NCBI GenBank assembly: GCA_965242925.1
Contig: CBDEUM010000014.1
Location: forward strand, 64,001-128,000
Reading direction: 5' to 3'
Length of the DNA stretch: 64,000 bases
Source: Roseibacillus sp.
Lineage (GTDB): Bacteria > Verrucomicrobiota > Verrucomicrobiia > Verrucomicrobiales > Akkermansiaceae
Shown: in pieces, positions 17,501 through 27,700 of the stretch
Layout: each line of letters starts with the position of its first letter
Numbering within the stretch: position 1 is the first letter of the stretch
Notes under the pieces: model-generated
Seen by the model: the letters and a program-made list of their open reading frames with translations, nothing else
What the model was told of the DNA's origin: nothing
Database searches by the model: none
Translations under genes and position numbers: made by a program

Positions 17501-20253
17501 TGCTCATCAAACTGGTGCCCGAGAAGAAGCGCTACCGCCCGGGTGAAACCGCACGCATCCTCGTGCAGTCGCCCATCGAGGGAACCGCCCTGGTGACCCT
17601 TGAACGTGAGGGGGTGCATCGCCATATGCTGAAAAAACTCACTGCTGAAAACCCGGTGGTGGAAATTCCCCTCACTGACGAGGACGCACCCAACACATTT
17701 GTGTCGGTCCTGGTGATCAAGGGATCGCAGGACAACCTGCGCGAACACAAGGAGCCCATCCTGCGCCTCGGCTACTGCGAACTCGCCGTCGAGGTCGTGA
17801 AGGAGCGCCTGCAGGTCGCTCTCAAGATTCCGGGCGACTACCACCGCCCCGGCGAAGAGGTCACCATCGAAGGACTGGTCCGTGACCATGCGGGCAAACC
17901 TGTCAGTGGGGCCGAAATCACGGTTTATGCCGAAGACGAAGGAACTCTCGCGGTGGCCGGTTACACCAATCCCGATCCCGTCGGACACTTCTACGCACCC
18001 CGCAGTCTTCGCACCGAAGCAGGCACCTCCCTCGGAAAGATCCTCTCCGAGGATCCCGGGCAACGCCACACCTTCAACAAGGGCTTCTTCATTGGAGGGG
18101 GTGGAGCAGACGAGTTTGACAGCCTGGAGGGGCCGGCGCTACGCAAGGACTTCAATCCTTGCGCGGTCTGGATGCCCGCCCTCGCAACCACCGAGGATGG
18201 CCGCTTCAAGGTAGAGTTCACGTCCCCGGACACCCTGACTCGCTACCGGGTCATTGCAGTGGCCCACCATGGATCGACTCACTTCGGACGGGAGGTCTCC
18301 GAGTTCACGGTGAAGAAACCCCTCATGCTGGAGCCCTCCACTCCGCGCTTTGCCCACCAGGGCGATCGCCTGCAGCCCAAGGTCCTCGTGCAGAACGCCA
18401 CCTCCTACACAGGCACCTGGGATGTTTCTCTCAAGATCGGAAGTATCACGGCATTCGTCGAGCACAGCGAGAAGACGGAGACCAAGTCCATCACCATCCC
18501 CGCCGACAGCGACGCCACCGTCACCTTTGACCTGTCCTTTGGTGAAACCGGGCAGACGGACTGGCAATGGACCGCCACCCCGCGCTCCCTCGACGGAGCC
18601 GCTCTCGATGAAAAACTGCGCCGGGAACTCTCCGACGCGGTGGCCAGCAACTTTGCGATCGAATATCCCATGCCCCTGCTGAGAGAGAGCCGGTTCATCA
18701 AGTTCGAGGAGCCGAGCGCCGGATACAACATGCTGGATGGCCTCTCCAGGGAACTGCTCGAGGGTCGCGGTGAAATCGAACTGGAGTTCGGACGCTCTGT
18801 CCTCCTCGAGGCCGGCGGGGCGCTCGATTTCCTCCTGCGCTACCCCTATGGCTGCCTGGAGCAAACCACCTCCAGCACCATCCCCTGGATTGCCGCCCTC
18901 AACCTGCGCAATGTCGCCCCCGCCTTCCGGAACAAGACCGAAAAGGAGATCCGCCGCAATATTCAGGCCGGGTCCGACAGGCTCATCTCGATGCAATGCG
19001 ACGATGGCGGCTTTGGCTACTGGGCCAGCAGCGACCACTCCAAACTCTGGGCCTCCGCCTATGGAGGGATGGCCCTCCTCCTCTGCAGGGAGGCCGGCGC
19101 CAATGTCCCGGAAAGCGTCCTGAAAGGACTGCGCCAATACCTCGCCGATGAACTCCGCGGAATCGGCGAGGCGCAACACTGGTGGGAGATCGAGACCGCC
19201 TGCCAGAGCTGCTTCACCCTCGCACTCGCCGGAAAGCCCCAGGTGCCCTACCACAACAAGCTCCTCGAGAACCCGGAACGCCTCACCCCCACTGCCCTCA
19301 ACTTCCTCGCCCTCGCGGTGGCCAGGTCAGGCGCTGACAACGCCGCCGGGCAGGCCCGGGAGATCCTCGCCCTGAAGGGGCAGCCCAGAAATGGCGATCG
19401 CCATTTCATGAGCTCCAAGCCAACCGCAGCCCACCGATTGCTCGCCCTCGTCAACATTGACCCCGAGTCCCCTGATTGTGATGAAGCCATCTCCAGGATC
19501 ATCAAGTCCCGGGGACGGCGTTCGGGCCACTGGGGGAACACCTGGAGCAACGCCTGGACCGTTTTCGCCCTGGGCGAGTATGCCCGCCGGGTGGAAACCC
19601 TGAGTGCTCCCCCGGTCATCACCCTTGAAACCGATGAAGGCCGCCAGCAGTTCACCCTCGATGACAAGTCTCCCTCCAGGGTCCTGCGTGTCCCCCTGCA
19701 TGAAGGCTTCAAGGCCCGGGCAACGACTTCCACAGGCGGTTTCGCACGGGTCACTCTTGCTTCCAAGCCCGCCCTTGCCCCACAGCAGGCCGTCTCCAGC
19801 AACGGCCTGCAGATCCTGCGCCGCTACCACCGCGTGCTCCCCGATGGCAGGGAAGAACGACTTGACCAACCCGCGGTGGGAGACCTTGTGCGCGTGGAAC
19901 TCCAGGTCACCATGCCCCGCGACGAGACCGTCTACCTCGTCATCGATGATCCCCTTCCCTCCATTTTCGAGGCCGTCAACACTACCTTCGCCAGCCAGAC
20001 CGGTCGTCTGAAGAAGAAGAACGACTGGGAGGTTTCGCATGAGGAACTTCGCGACGATCGCGTCCTCTTCTTTATCAACTCCCTCCCGCGCTCCGGAAGC
20101 TACCCCGTCTCCTACCATGCCCGCGTGACCTCCGCGGGCTCCGTGGTCGCTCCGCCCGCCAAGGTGGAGGCCATGTACGAACCGGAATTCTTCGCCCTCT
20201 CGGCAAGTCACAAGTTCACCACCCCCAACCCGCTCCACACCGCCGCCCGTTAA
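14515..20253 (+). CDS. Bacterial alpha-2-macroglobulin (YfhM-like)
   Basis: 1912 aa; LFTDRTLYRPGE, YRPGET, PDTLTRYRVIAVA, thioester YPYGCLEQ, C-terminal PPAKVEAMYEPE; directly upstream of pbpC. Confidence 0.95.
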   Translation: MKKLLPLSALLTLTTAPLPAEPALHLSTSTLTPTTTLKLSFEKAMVADDQVGTTGPNEILKIEPPLAGDLKWIEPNVALFERKGIPALATSYQFSLPSGFNHLDGTVIPEISLQTVRTAPFHYQTGYWRGNTRQPDYFLRFNDAIDPAAVTGKLHFVDKKGNTVAATVRQGIYRDVKNSRALGPTWEQSFQSWKAPDITNLDPGTEIPVAITVSPIHPLPVGESWKLVLERGITNKSTGASTVKAIERWIGSVTKFEVASIQAVTRVDAKPYISIGLSKKLPEDVKASDLARFIQIDPIPANMELEAGRSLISIKGDFPHRSKWKVTIKHGMTAFDGLAMLESKSEAIRFRHLTPVLAAPSYAAAQLAIGSRTYRMETVNIAQARIRAKRLTGEDAVRAFQGYRHYSGDGPDKERIKERHTIPWSLVAGEAVYDETVTLTNAHDTTAPIEIKWDEVLGAGKANGLLFLSIEAEPKEGMEDPFRKKKLTQVFMQLTDIGLAWKINGDSAFIYAYSCNTGQPLANVTLDVFGEDAGALQSAQTNESGVALLPRTMIQRHLRASLGRDSMIIDFDRSLPTVSMWRFPINTEWDPQLPDKRTALLFTDRTLYRPGEQVHLKGIVRRIKDNRSIFDTGKGAQLVIRDSSSRILKERDITLSDRGSFDHSFTLPARTVGYFRLELLWPDEIAAAEEMDNWHTRRAHRNSARFVHNITVQEFRRNAFETKAGFVDSGSTDKVTLALKASYFQGQPVAEAAVEWFYRSREAGFYPARFRDYLFCDHRSYDAYYWSHYFGYGEGSYRRSFGTRNGTTTLDQDGFASLTFDLAEIDFPSPRTVSVTSEIRDQRNQTLSDKAATTVHSSDYYVGLSRLDKLVRVGDEIGLHAVAVSADGKPLTGDPVEFTFRVEREIHEQIKTRTASGTIAVRNEKRIETVIGNQPFRINPGEAAGGGSALPFKPEHAGNYILTLSGSDPRGRPIRTAVTQRVYGSKEYPWAYENGMLIKLVPEKKRYRPGETARILVQSPIEGTALVTLEREGVHRHMLKKLTAENPVVEIPLTDEDAPNTFVSVLVIKGSQDNLREHKEPILRLGYCELAVEVVKERLQVALKIPGDYHRPGEEVTIEGLVRDHAGKPVSGAEITVYAEDEGTLAVAGYTNPDPVGHFYAPRSLRTEAGTSLGKILSEDPGQRHTFNKGFFIGGGGADEFDSLEGPALRKDFNPCAVWMPALATTEDGRFKVEFTSPDTLTRYRVIAVAHHGSTHFGREVSEFTVKKPLMLEPSTPRFAHQGDRLQPKVLVQNATSYTGTWDVSLKIGSITAFVEHSEKTETKSITIPADSDATVTFDLSFGETGQTDWQWTATPRSLDGAALDEKLRRELSDAVASNFAIEYPMPLLRESRFIKFEEPSAGYNMLDGLSRELLEGRGEIELEFGRSVLLEAGGALDFLLRYPYGCLEQTTSSTIPWIAALNLRNVAPAFRNKTEKEIRRNIQAGSDRLISMQCDDGGFGYWASSDHSKLWASAYGGMALLLCREAGANVPESVLKGLRQYLADELRGIGEAQHWWEIETACQSCFTLALAGKPQVPYHNKLLENPERLTPTALNFLALAVARSGADNAAGQAREILALKGQPRNGDRHFMSSKPTAAHRLLALVNIDPESPDCDEAISRIIKSRGRRSGHWGNTWSNAWTVFALGEYARRVETLSAPPVITLETDEGRQQFTLDDKSPSRVLRVPLHEGFKARATTSTGGFARVTLASKPALAPQQAVSSNGLQILRRYHRVLPDGREERLDQPAVGDLVRVELQVTMPRDETVYLVIDDPLPSIFEAVNTTFASQTGRLKKKNDWEVSHEELRDDRVLFFINSLPRSGSYPVSYHARVTSAGSVVAPPAKVEAMYEPEFFALSASHKFTTPNPLHTAAR

Positions 20254-20272
20254 CCTGCGGACGATTGTCGTC

Positions 20273-22591
20273 ATGATGGTTTTTCTTCCATGGTCCCGCC
20301 CCTGCCCACCCTGCGCCACGTCATGGGCAGGGATCCGGCAGACCGGAAGAAAAGGACGCCACGGCTTTCTGGCGGCCTCCCTGGGACTGATTGCCTGGGG
20401 CCTCCTTCCCCTCGGATTCGAACTCCCGACCTCCCTGGAGTCGGATCCGGAACGCTCCCCGCGGATCCTCGACCGCCGCGGGGTGGTGCTCGATGATGCC
20501 CCGCGCGCAGACTTCTTCCGTCATCAACCGGTCTCCCCGGAAGACATCCCGTCCGCCCTTCTCGACGCCACCCTGGTCGCGGAGGACAAGCGTTTCTTCA
20601 CCCACGACGGCATGGACTACCTTGCCACCGCACGGGCCATGCGCGATCTCCTTCACAATCGCCGGATTATTTCGGGAGCCTCCACCATCACCCAGCAGCT
20701 GGTGAAGATCAGTTCCCCCCCAACCGAGCGCAACATTCTCACCAAGATCCGCGAAAGCCTGACCGCCCGCCATCTTGAATACCGCTGGTCCAAGCAGGAA
20801 ATCCTCACCGCCTACTTCAACCGGCTTGATTACGGCAACCACCGACAGGGATGCCGGGAGGCGGCCCGATTCTACTTCGGCAAACCACTCGGCGACCTCT
20901 CCCTTGCCGAGTGCGCCCTCCTCGCCGGTCTTCCCCAGTCTCCCAGCCTGCACAATCCCGTCCAGAATGCGGACTCCGCCCTGCAACGCCGCAACTGGAT
21001 CCTCGACCGCCTTGCGGAGGAACGGGACTACGATCCCCGGCAGATCGAAATCGCCAGGCGGGAACCCCTCACCCTCCGCCGCACACCGCACGAGAAACTG
21101 GCCCCCCACGTGGCCTCTTCCCTGCGCGGCCGACACCAGTCGATCCGCACCACCCTCGATGCCAACCTGCAGGGCAGGATCACCGGAATCGTACGGGAGG
21201 AACTGGCCCGGCTCCGGGAATCCAACGCGCACCACGCTGCCGTGGTCGTGATTGATAATGTCTCCGGCGAGGTTCTCTCCCTGGTCGGTTCGGGAGATTT
21301 CCACAATCCGCGGGGAGGCCAGATCGACGGAACCCGCTCGCCCCGCTCCGCAGGATCCACCCTCAAGCCCTTCACCTACCTCCTCGCCTTCGAGCGGCGC
21401 GGCCTCTCCCCCGGCAGTATCATTGCGGATATTCCCACCCCCTACCGCACCGAGGAGGGCCTCGACCTGCCGGTCAACTACGACCACAAACACTACGGAC
21501 CTGTCACGATCCGTTACGCCCTCGCCAATTCTCTCAACGTCGCCGCCATGCGCACCCTGAACGATATCGGGGGACCGGCCCCCCTGCATGATCTTCTCGT
21601 CCGGGCCGGTATTCGCACCCTCGACAAGCCTGCCGCCGAATATGGCCTCGGCCTCACCATCGGAAATGCCGAAGTCAGGCTCCTCGAACTGACCAACGCC
21701 TACGCCACCCTTGCCCGTCTCGGCACCTTCAAGCCCGCCACCCTGACCTTCGATCCTGATCACTCTCCCGTCCCCGATTCGGGTTCCCGCATCGCTACAC
21801 CCCAGGCCTCCTACCTCATTGCTGACATCCTCAGCGACAATGCCGCGCGCTCCTCTGCCTTCGGCGCCCAGTCCGCCCTCCGCCTTCCCTTCAGGGCCGC
21901 GGTCAAGACCGGCACCTCATCCGATTTCCGCGACAACTGGTGTGTCGGTTTCACCGGGGATATCACCGTCGGGGTGTGGGTGGGAAACTTCGACAACACG
22001 CCCCTGCGCGGCGTCTCGGGAGTGAGCGGGGCCGGGCCCATCTTCAAGCGCACCATGCTCACCCTCCACGAAAAACGCGATCCCCGGTGGCTCCAGCGAC
22101 CAGCCGGCATCACCGGGATCACCATCGACAGTCGTAACGGTCATCGCTACCTCTCCCCCCCCCTGCCCGGGCAACCCTTCGCCTCCCCCGAACTCTCCCT
22201 CACCCGGCGCCTTCCCGATCCCGTGAGCAGGACCGACTATGATCGAGACGGTCGCGCCCTCATCGACCAACGCTACCGTGAGTGGTTTTTCAGTGCCGAC
22301 AACCACCGCCGTGACGACCTCGTGCTGGCCGCGGAGCGACCGCTCGATCTCTCTCCACGCATCATTTCACCCATGGCCACCGCCTCCTACCTCCTCGACC
22401 CGGAACTCCCGAGTGGAGGGCGACGCCTTCAACTCCTCAGCAACCTCCCCCGGGGTGCCCACTGGTCCAGCCCTACCCTCTCCATTGATGGAAACACTGC
22501 CTGCCTCGTTCCCGGTCGACATGAGATCACCCTCACCGACTCCGAAACCGGCCTGACCGTTTCACAGGACATCGTGGTGGAGAGCCTCTAG
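20273..22591 (+). CDS. pbpC: Penicillin-binding protein 1C
   Basis: Transglycosylase motifs EDKRFFTHDG and GASTITQQL; transpeptidase motifs STLK, SLN, KTGT; canonical position after alpha-2-macroglobulin. Confidence 0.93.
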   Translation: MMVFLPWSRPCPPCATSWAGIRQTGRKGRHGFLAASLGLIAWGLLPLGFELPTSLESDPERSPRILDRRGVVLDDAPRADFFRHQPVSPEDIPSALLDATLVAEDKRFFTHDGMDYLATARAMRDLLHNRRIISGASTITQQLVKISSPPTERNILTKIRESLTARHLEYRWSKQEILTAYFNRLDYGNHRQGCREAARFYFGKPLGDLSLAECALLAGLPQSPSLHNPVQNADSALQRRNWILDRLAEERDYDPRQIEIARREPLTLRRTPHEKLAPHVASSLRGRHQSIRTTLDANLQGRITGIVREELARLRESNAHHAAVVVIDNVSGEVLSLVGSGDFHNPRGGQIDGTRSPRSAGSTLKPFTYLLAFERRGLSPGSIIADIPTPYRTEEGLDLPVNYDHKHYGPVTIRYALANSLNVAAMRTLNDIGGPAPLHDLLVRAGIRTLDKPAAEYGLGLTIGNAEVRLLELTNAYATLARLGTFKPATLTFDPDHSPVPDSGSRIATPQASYLIADILSDNAARSSAFGAQSALRLPFRAAVKTGTSSDFRDNWCVGFTGDITVGVWVGNFDNTPLRGVSGVSGAGPIFKRTMLTLHEKRDPRWLQRPAGITGITIDSRNGHRYLSPPLPGQPFASPELSLTRRLPDPVSRTDYDRDGRALIDQRYREWFFSADNHRRDDLVLAAERPLDLSPRIISPMATASYLLDPELPSGGRRLQLLSNLPRGAHWSSPTLSIDGNTACLVPGRHEITLTDSETGLTVSQDIVVESL

Positions 22592-22666
22592 TCCGTGTGG
22601 GGAAACCCTCTCCCCTCGCAAGCGGTTCTCCCTTTCCGAACCACCGGCACCCGATAGGATCGGGAC

Positions 22667-23647
22667 ATGTGCCGGGCACGATTGCACCTCCCTGTCCTTG
22701 TTTCGATTCTCTTCTTGGCAACAGCCCTCCTTCCGATGTTTCGTTCCGGGGCGGTGAATGAAGAAGAAGCCACTCCCGGGGAGGCGCCCTTTCTCGTGGT
22801 CCTGGGAATCGCCCAGGACGCCGGCTATCCGCAGGCCGGATGCCGGAAGGAGTGTTGTGCCGACGCGTGGGCCGACCCCGGGAAACGCCGCCATGCGGTG
22901 ACGATCGCTATTGTCGACCCCCGGACCCGGGAGCGCTGGTTCCTCGATTGCTCTCCGGACTTTCCCGCCCAACTGCGCGAACTCAACCGCCTCGCGCCCC
23001 CGGAAACCTTCCCGGGAATCGATGGCATATTCCCCACCCACGCCCACATCGGACATTACACCGGGTTGCTTTACCTCGGCCGCGAGGTAATGGGCACGCA
23101 GGGCGTTCCCGTCCACACCATGCCCCGCATGAGGAAGTTTCTTGAGACCAACGGACCCTGGGACCAGCTGGTCGAACTCAGGAACATCACCCTGCGGAAT
23201 CTCGCCGCCGGGGAGACCGTCAGGCTCAATGAGCGCCTCAGCCTCACCCCCCTGCTCGTTCCCCACCGCGATGAGTATTCCGAAACGGTGGGCTTTCGCG
23301 TGACCGGACCCTCGCGTTCCATCCTCTACCTCCCGGACATCGACAAGTGGACGCGCTGGGAAACCGACATCGCCGAGGTCCTCCAGACCGTTGATATCGC
23401 CTACCTCGATGGCACCTTCTTCGCGGACGGGGAACTCCCCGGCCGCGACATGTCCAGGATCCCCCACCCTTTCATTGCCGAGAGCATGAAGCGTTTTGCC
23501 AGCCTCGACCCCACCGAACGCAGCAAGGTGCGCTTCCTCCATCTCAACCACACCAACCCCGCCCTCGACCCGGAGAGCGAGGCGACCAAAGCCATCGAAA
23601 AGGCCGGCCACCACGTTGCGGAACAAGGCGAAAGGGTGGAACTCTGA
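22667..23647 (+). CDS. MBL-fold metallo-hydrolase, PqqB-like
   Basis: VLGIAQDAGYPQAGC, THAHIGHYTGL, VPHRDEYSETVG, YLPDIDKW, HLNHTN. No other pqq genes nearby. Confidence 0.85.
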   Translation: MCRARLHLPVLVSILFLATALLPMFRSGAVNEEEATPGEAPFLVVLGIAQDAGYPQAGCRKECCADAWADPGKRRHAVTIAIVDPRTRERWFLDCSPDFPAQLRELNRLAPPETFPGIDGIFPTHAHIGHYTGLLYLGREVMGTQGVPVHTMPRMRKFLETNGPWDQLVELRNITLRNLAAGETVRLNERLSLTPLLVPHRDEYSETVGFRVTGPSRSILYLPDIDKWTRWETDIAEVLQTVDIAYLDGTFFADGELPGRDMSRIPHPFIAESMKRFASLDPTERSKVRFLHLNHTNPALDPESEATKAIEKAGHHVAEQGERVEL

Positions 23648-23677
23648 GCAATCCCCCCCGGGGCAACGCCTCCGCCC

Positions 23678-24469
23678 CTAACCCGCCTTCCAGCGTCCGC
23701 TCACCTCTTCCAACCACTGGCGGGCGATCAACTCGTGTCCCTGGGGCAGGGGATGCACCCCGTCCCAGATCCACTGCCCGGCACTCCCTGCCTTGGCCGC
23801 GGCATCGAAGACGTCCTGCATCCTGACCTGCACCGCCCCGAATTCCTTTGCCAACCGGGTCACGGTGGCACCCATCCGGTCGATCTGGGCCCGGCTGATC
23901 TCCCATTGCCCCCCCTTGGTCATCCACCATCCCGACTGCAGGACGAAGGGGTCAATCAGCACGATCCGCAGGTCCGGATTGGCCTCGCGGCTCCGCTTCA
24001 GCACTTCGCGGTAGTCCGCCTCCCACTGGTCGGCCTCAAATTTTCTCTTCTGGTCCACCACCCGGTCATTGACCCCGACGAGAACACTGAGCAGGTCGGG
24101 CTTCATCTCAATGACGTCCTTCTGCCACCGGGCTTTGAGATCCCGCATCCGATTGCCACTGATCCCGCGGTTGAAGAACTCCAACCCCGCTTTCGACAGG
24201 TCCACCCCGAGCCGGGCGGCGATGAGGTAGACGTAGCTGTGCCCGAGGTAATGGTTGCGATCCTTCTCGTTACGGCCCCACTTCATGTCGGTGATGGAGT
24301 CCCCGATGAAGAGGAGGCGACTTCCCCCGGGGAAGGACGGCCTGCGGTAGTCGTAGCCGCCGGGGGTGGATTGGGCTTCGGCGCCGGGAGAGGCTGCCAC
24401 TCCTGCAGCCATCACCCCCGAACAGGCTGCCCCGGTCTTGAGAAACTGTCGTCGATTCGTTCCCGGCAT
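23678..24469 (-). CDS. Tat-exported SGNH/GDSL hydrolase
   Basis: NRRQFLK, IGDSIT, NRGISG, GVND, DGVHP. Start moved to ATG 24469. Confidence 0.9.
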   Translation of the reverse strand: MPGTNRRQFLKTGAACSGVMAAGVAASPGAEAQSTPGGYDYRRPSFPGGSRLLFIGDSITDMKWGRNEKDRNHYLGHSYVYLIAARLGVDLSKAGLEFFNRGISGNRMRDLKARWQKDVIEMKPDLLSVLVGVNDRVVDQKRKFEADQWEADYREVLKRSREANPDLRIVLIDPFVLQSGWWMTKGGQWEISRAQIDRMGATVTRLAKEFGAVQVRMQDVFDAAAKAGSAGQWIWDGVHPLPQGHELIARQWLEEVSGRWKAG

Positions 24470-24718
24470 CCATGAACCCTGAAGCGGAGAGGGGATGGGG
24501 TCGATTGCGAAAACAGCAGGCAGCACCCGGGAATTGAGAGGCCCATGGATTCCTTCAGAAGGCTAGCTGACCGCAGCCGATTTCCTGGGCCCCACCAACC
24601 CCGCCGCCCGGGCCACCATCCAGCCCGACCCTGAAAAACGATTTCCCGGCAATAACCGGCCGACTGAGTGACCTAACCCGGGCTGGCCAAGGTGGGATCT
24701 GCCTGCTTGTTTCGTCCC

Positions 24719-27700
24719 ATGAGACTCTCTGCTTCTCTCGCTGTTCTCATGGCGCTTCCCGTCATGGGAGCTCCCACCCTCCTCGACGACCAGTTCTCAC
24801 TCTTCAGGGGATGTCACATCTACAAAGTGGCCGAGTCCAACCTCACCGGGGGATCCTACGACCTGGTCTTCGATGGTCAGGGACGGTTGTTGATCGGGGA
24901 TGGGCAGAATCTGCGACGCCTGGCTGACACCGATGGAGACCAGGTTTATGATCAGTCGGAGATCATCGCGGAAGGACTCGGAGGACGCGGCCCCCAGGGG
25001 TTGGTGGTCTATGGCGACAAGGTCTACGCAGTGGGCGGGGACGGGGTTCAACTTTTCAGCGGCTATCTCGCAGGTGGGAAGCTGAAGCACGAGCGGAGGC
25101 TGGGGGAGCCGTTCAATACGGGTGGTGATCACGCCGCCCACACGCTCCTGCGTGGCCTGGATGGCTATATCTATCTCGTGTCCGGCGACGGCGGTGGGAC
25201 CGGGGACCGAAAACACATCACGGCCAGGAGTTCGCCGGTTCTCTTTGAGCGAACCGCTTCGGTGTTCCGCTTTGATCCGGCCGGCGAGAAGTGGGAGTGC
25301 ATTGGTTCCGGAGGAAGGAACCCGCCCAGCCTGGGGATGAACTACCTGGGTGAGTTCTTCAGCTTCGACAGTGACATGGAGTTTCATGTCGATGTTCCGT
25401 TCTACCGTCCGGTCAGACTGCATCACTGGGCGACAGGTGGTGATCAGGGATGGCAGGGAGTGGGAGCTTATCCCAAGTACTATCTCGACAACCTGCCCGG
25501 AGTGCTTGATGTCGGTCGCGGTTCGCCTGACTGGGGGGTCTTCTACGAGCACAATCAGTTTCCAGGGGTGTTCCGCAATTCGTTCCTGGCTTGCGACTAC
25601 CAGTGGAAGTCGGCGACCACGGGCGGCTATGCCAACCCGGGGCGCCTGCTCATGTTTTCCCTGGCACGGGAAAAAGCGACCTGGAAGGCAGAGCTGATCA
25701 CGGTGGCTCAGCCCAAGAAAGGGGCAGTTGATGCGAACGGAAAGAGGATCAACTTTGGAGTGGTTGATGTCGATGTGGCCCCTGATGGCAGCCTGGTCGT
25801 CAGCGATCACAACCAGGGGATCTGGCGCATCTTTCATGACAAGTCGGAGAGGCCGGTGGTGCCCGGAATCGTTCCTGAGGCGAAGCGTTCAAATCGCTCG
25901 CTTCTCGCACAATTGCTTGAGTCGCCACAGCCGATGGCGGAGTGGGGCCGCATGGCGGAGGAGCGCCTGCTCAGTCAGGATGAGGATCTGCCCGGACAGG
26001 TTCGTTCTGCCCTGCTCGATCCGAAGCGGCCCTTGACTCAGCGCCTGCGAGCGGTGCGCCTCCTGGCTCCGGGATTCGAGGAACTGCCCGGCGAGTTCCT
26101 GCAGAGGATGGCCGAGGATCCAGAGCCTGAGATCCGGGGCCAGGCCGCCTGGTTGTTGGGAATTCGGCAAAAGAGGGAGGAGGCAGGGCTGGCCCTGCAG
26201 TTGCTGGAGGACGAGGATCCTTTCGTTCTCCGGCGCGCCCTTGAAGCGCAGATGCGCCTGCAGAATCCCTCGGCCGTGCCACGGCTATCCACCCTTCTCG
26301 GCCATCTTGATCGCTTTGTGGCCTACGCTGCGATGACGGCTCTGGCCCACCACCCCACAAAGGTGATCCAGGAGAACGTGACCGCCCACCCGGGGGGAAT
26401 CATGCGCGCATTAGTGGCCACCAACATTCGGCGGGAACGAGCCGGGCCAGAGGTTGTTCACTCCCTGCTGACGATCCTGCTCGATCGGGTGGAACCGGGC
26501 GATGACGATACCACGCGGGAGCAACACCTTGACCTGCTACGCATCCTTGGTTTGTTCCGCGTTGAGATTCAGCAGAACAAGGAACTGACCGCGAAAGTTC
26601 ACCAATTCCTGCTCAAGCTGGTGAATTCGGAGGATCCCGGGATTCGCTGGGAGCATGTGCGGCTCTGTGGAGATTACGATGTGGCTGCGGGTTTTACGCC
26701 GATCCTGAACATGCTGGAAAAGGAAAAGGATGGCGTCACCCAGTTCCACATGGCCGGTGCGCTGGCCAGGATCTCCACGGGATGGACCGATGCGGAGAGC
26801 CGGCGACTGACTCAGTGGCTGCTTTCAACTCAGGAGGGCTGGTTTGCCGAGCGCGATGGCAAGGGCCTGCAATTCGGCGGTTTCTGGAACACGGTGGTCA
26901 ACCAGTTGGCAGGCCGACACACTGCTGCGCTGATCGTGCTCGCTGATCAGTTAAGGGCTGACAGTGATCTTGCGAAGGTGGCCTACAAGGCGATCCGCGG
27001 AGCACCCGATGCCGACAGGGTTCTGCTCAAGGCGTTTCAGGCTGCCAGGAGTGATGCTGATCGGCAGCGACTGATCGGGTTGTTGCATGAAGTGAGCAGT
27101 CCTTTCGTGGCGGAGCAACTTCTCCGGGATCTTGATGCCACGAAAGAGATCCGACGGCGGGAGGAACTCATCGCCGCCCTGGCGGCCCAACCGCTCCCTC
27201 CCGAGCGCGGGGATCTCTTCGTGAAGGGACTGCTGGAGATCGAATCCGCTGCCGCAGTGGAACGTTGTGCGGCCCGGATTGTGACCGATGGCAAGGCTTT
27301 CGCTGAATACGGCGACGGGGTGAAGGCACTCTCGATTGGCAACTGGAACGGCGATCAGGCGGTGGCCTTCCGCTTGATTGAATTGATGAGCATCTACCCG
27401 CAGATCGGAGCCACCCTGGAGCGCGCCCTTCAGACATTACTCGCGCATCAGCGTCCCAGTTTTCGGACTCCCATGCAGGTGATCTGGTCGTCGGCAGAAC
27501 AGATTGCGGACGATCAGGCCTGGTTTGCGCGCTCCTTCGAGGTGAACGGGAACGCTTCCCGGGGCGTGTTGATGATCACTTGCGACAACGAGTTCGAGGT
27601 GTTTCTCAATGGCAGCAAAGTTGGGGAGGGCCGGGAATGGGGAACTCCGAAGCGGATTGACGTCGGCAACGGGTTGCGGGAGGGCCGTAATCTCATTGCG

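Noticed and set aside
14488..21763. Long antisense ORFs opposite A2M/pbpC (also 48026..49795 and 53405..55414)
   Set aside because: Typical stop-poor shadow frames of GC-rich genes with no recognisable motifs.
22667..23647. PQQ biosynthesis locus
   Set aside because: Only a stand-alone PqqB-like MBL hydrolase; no pqqA, C, D or E nearby.
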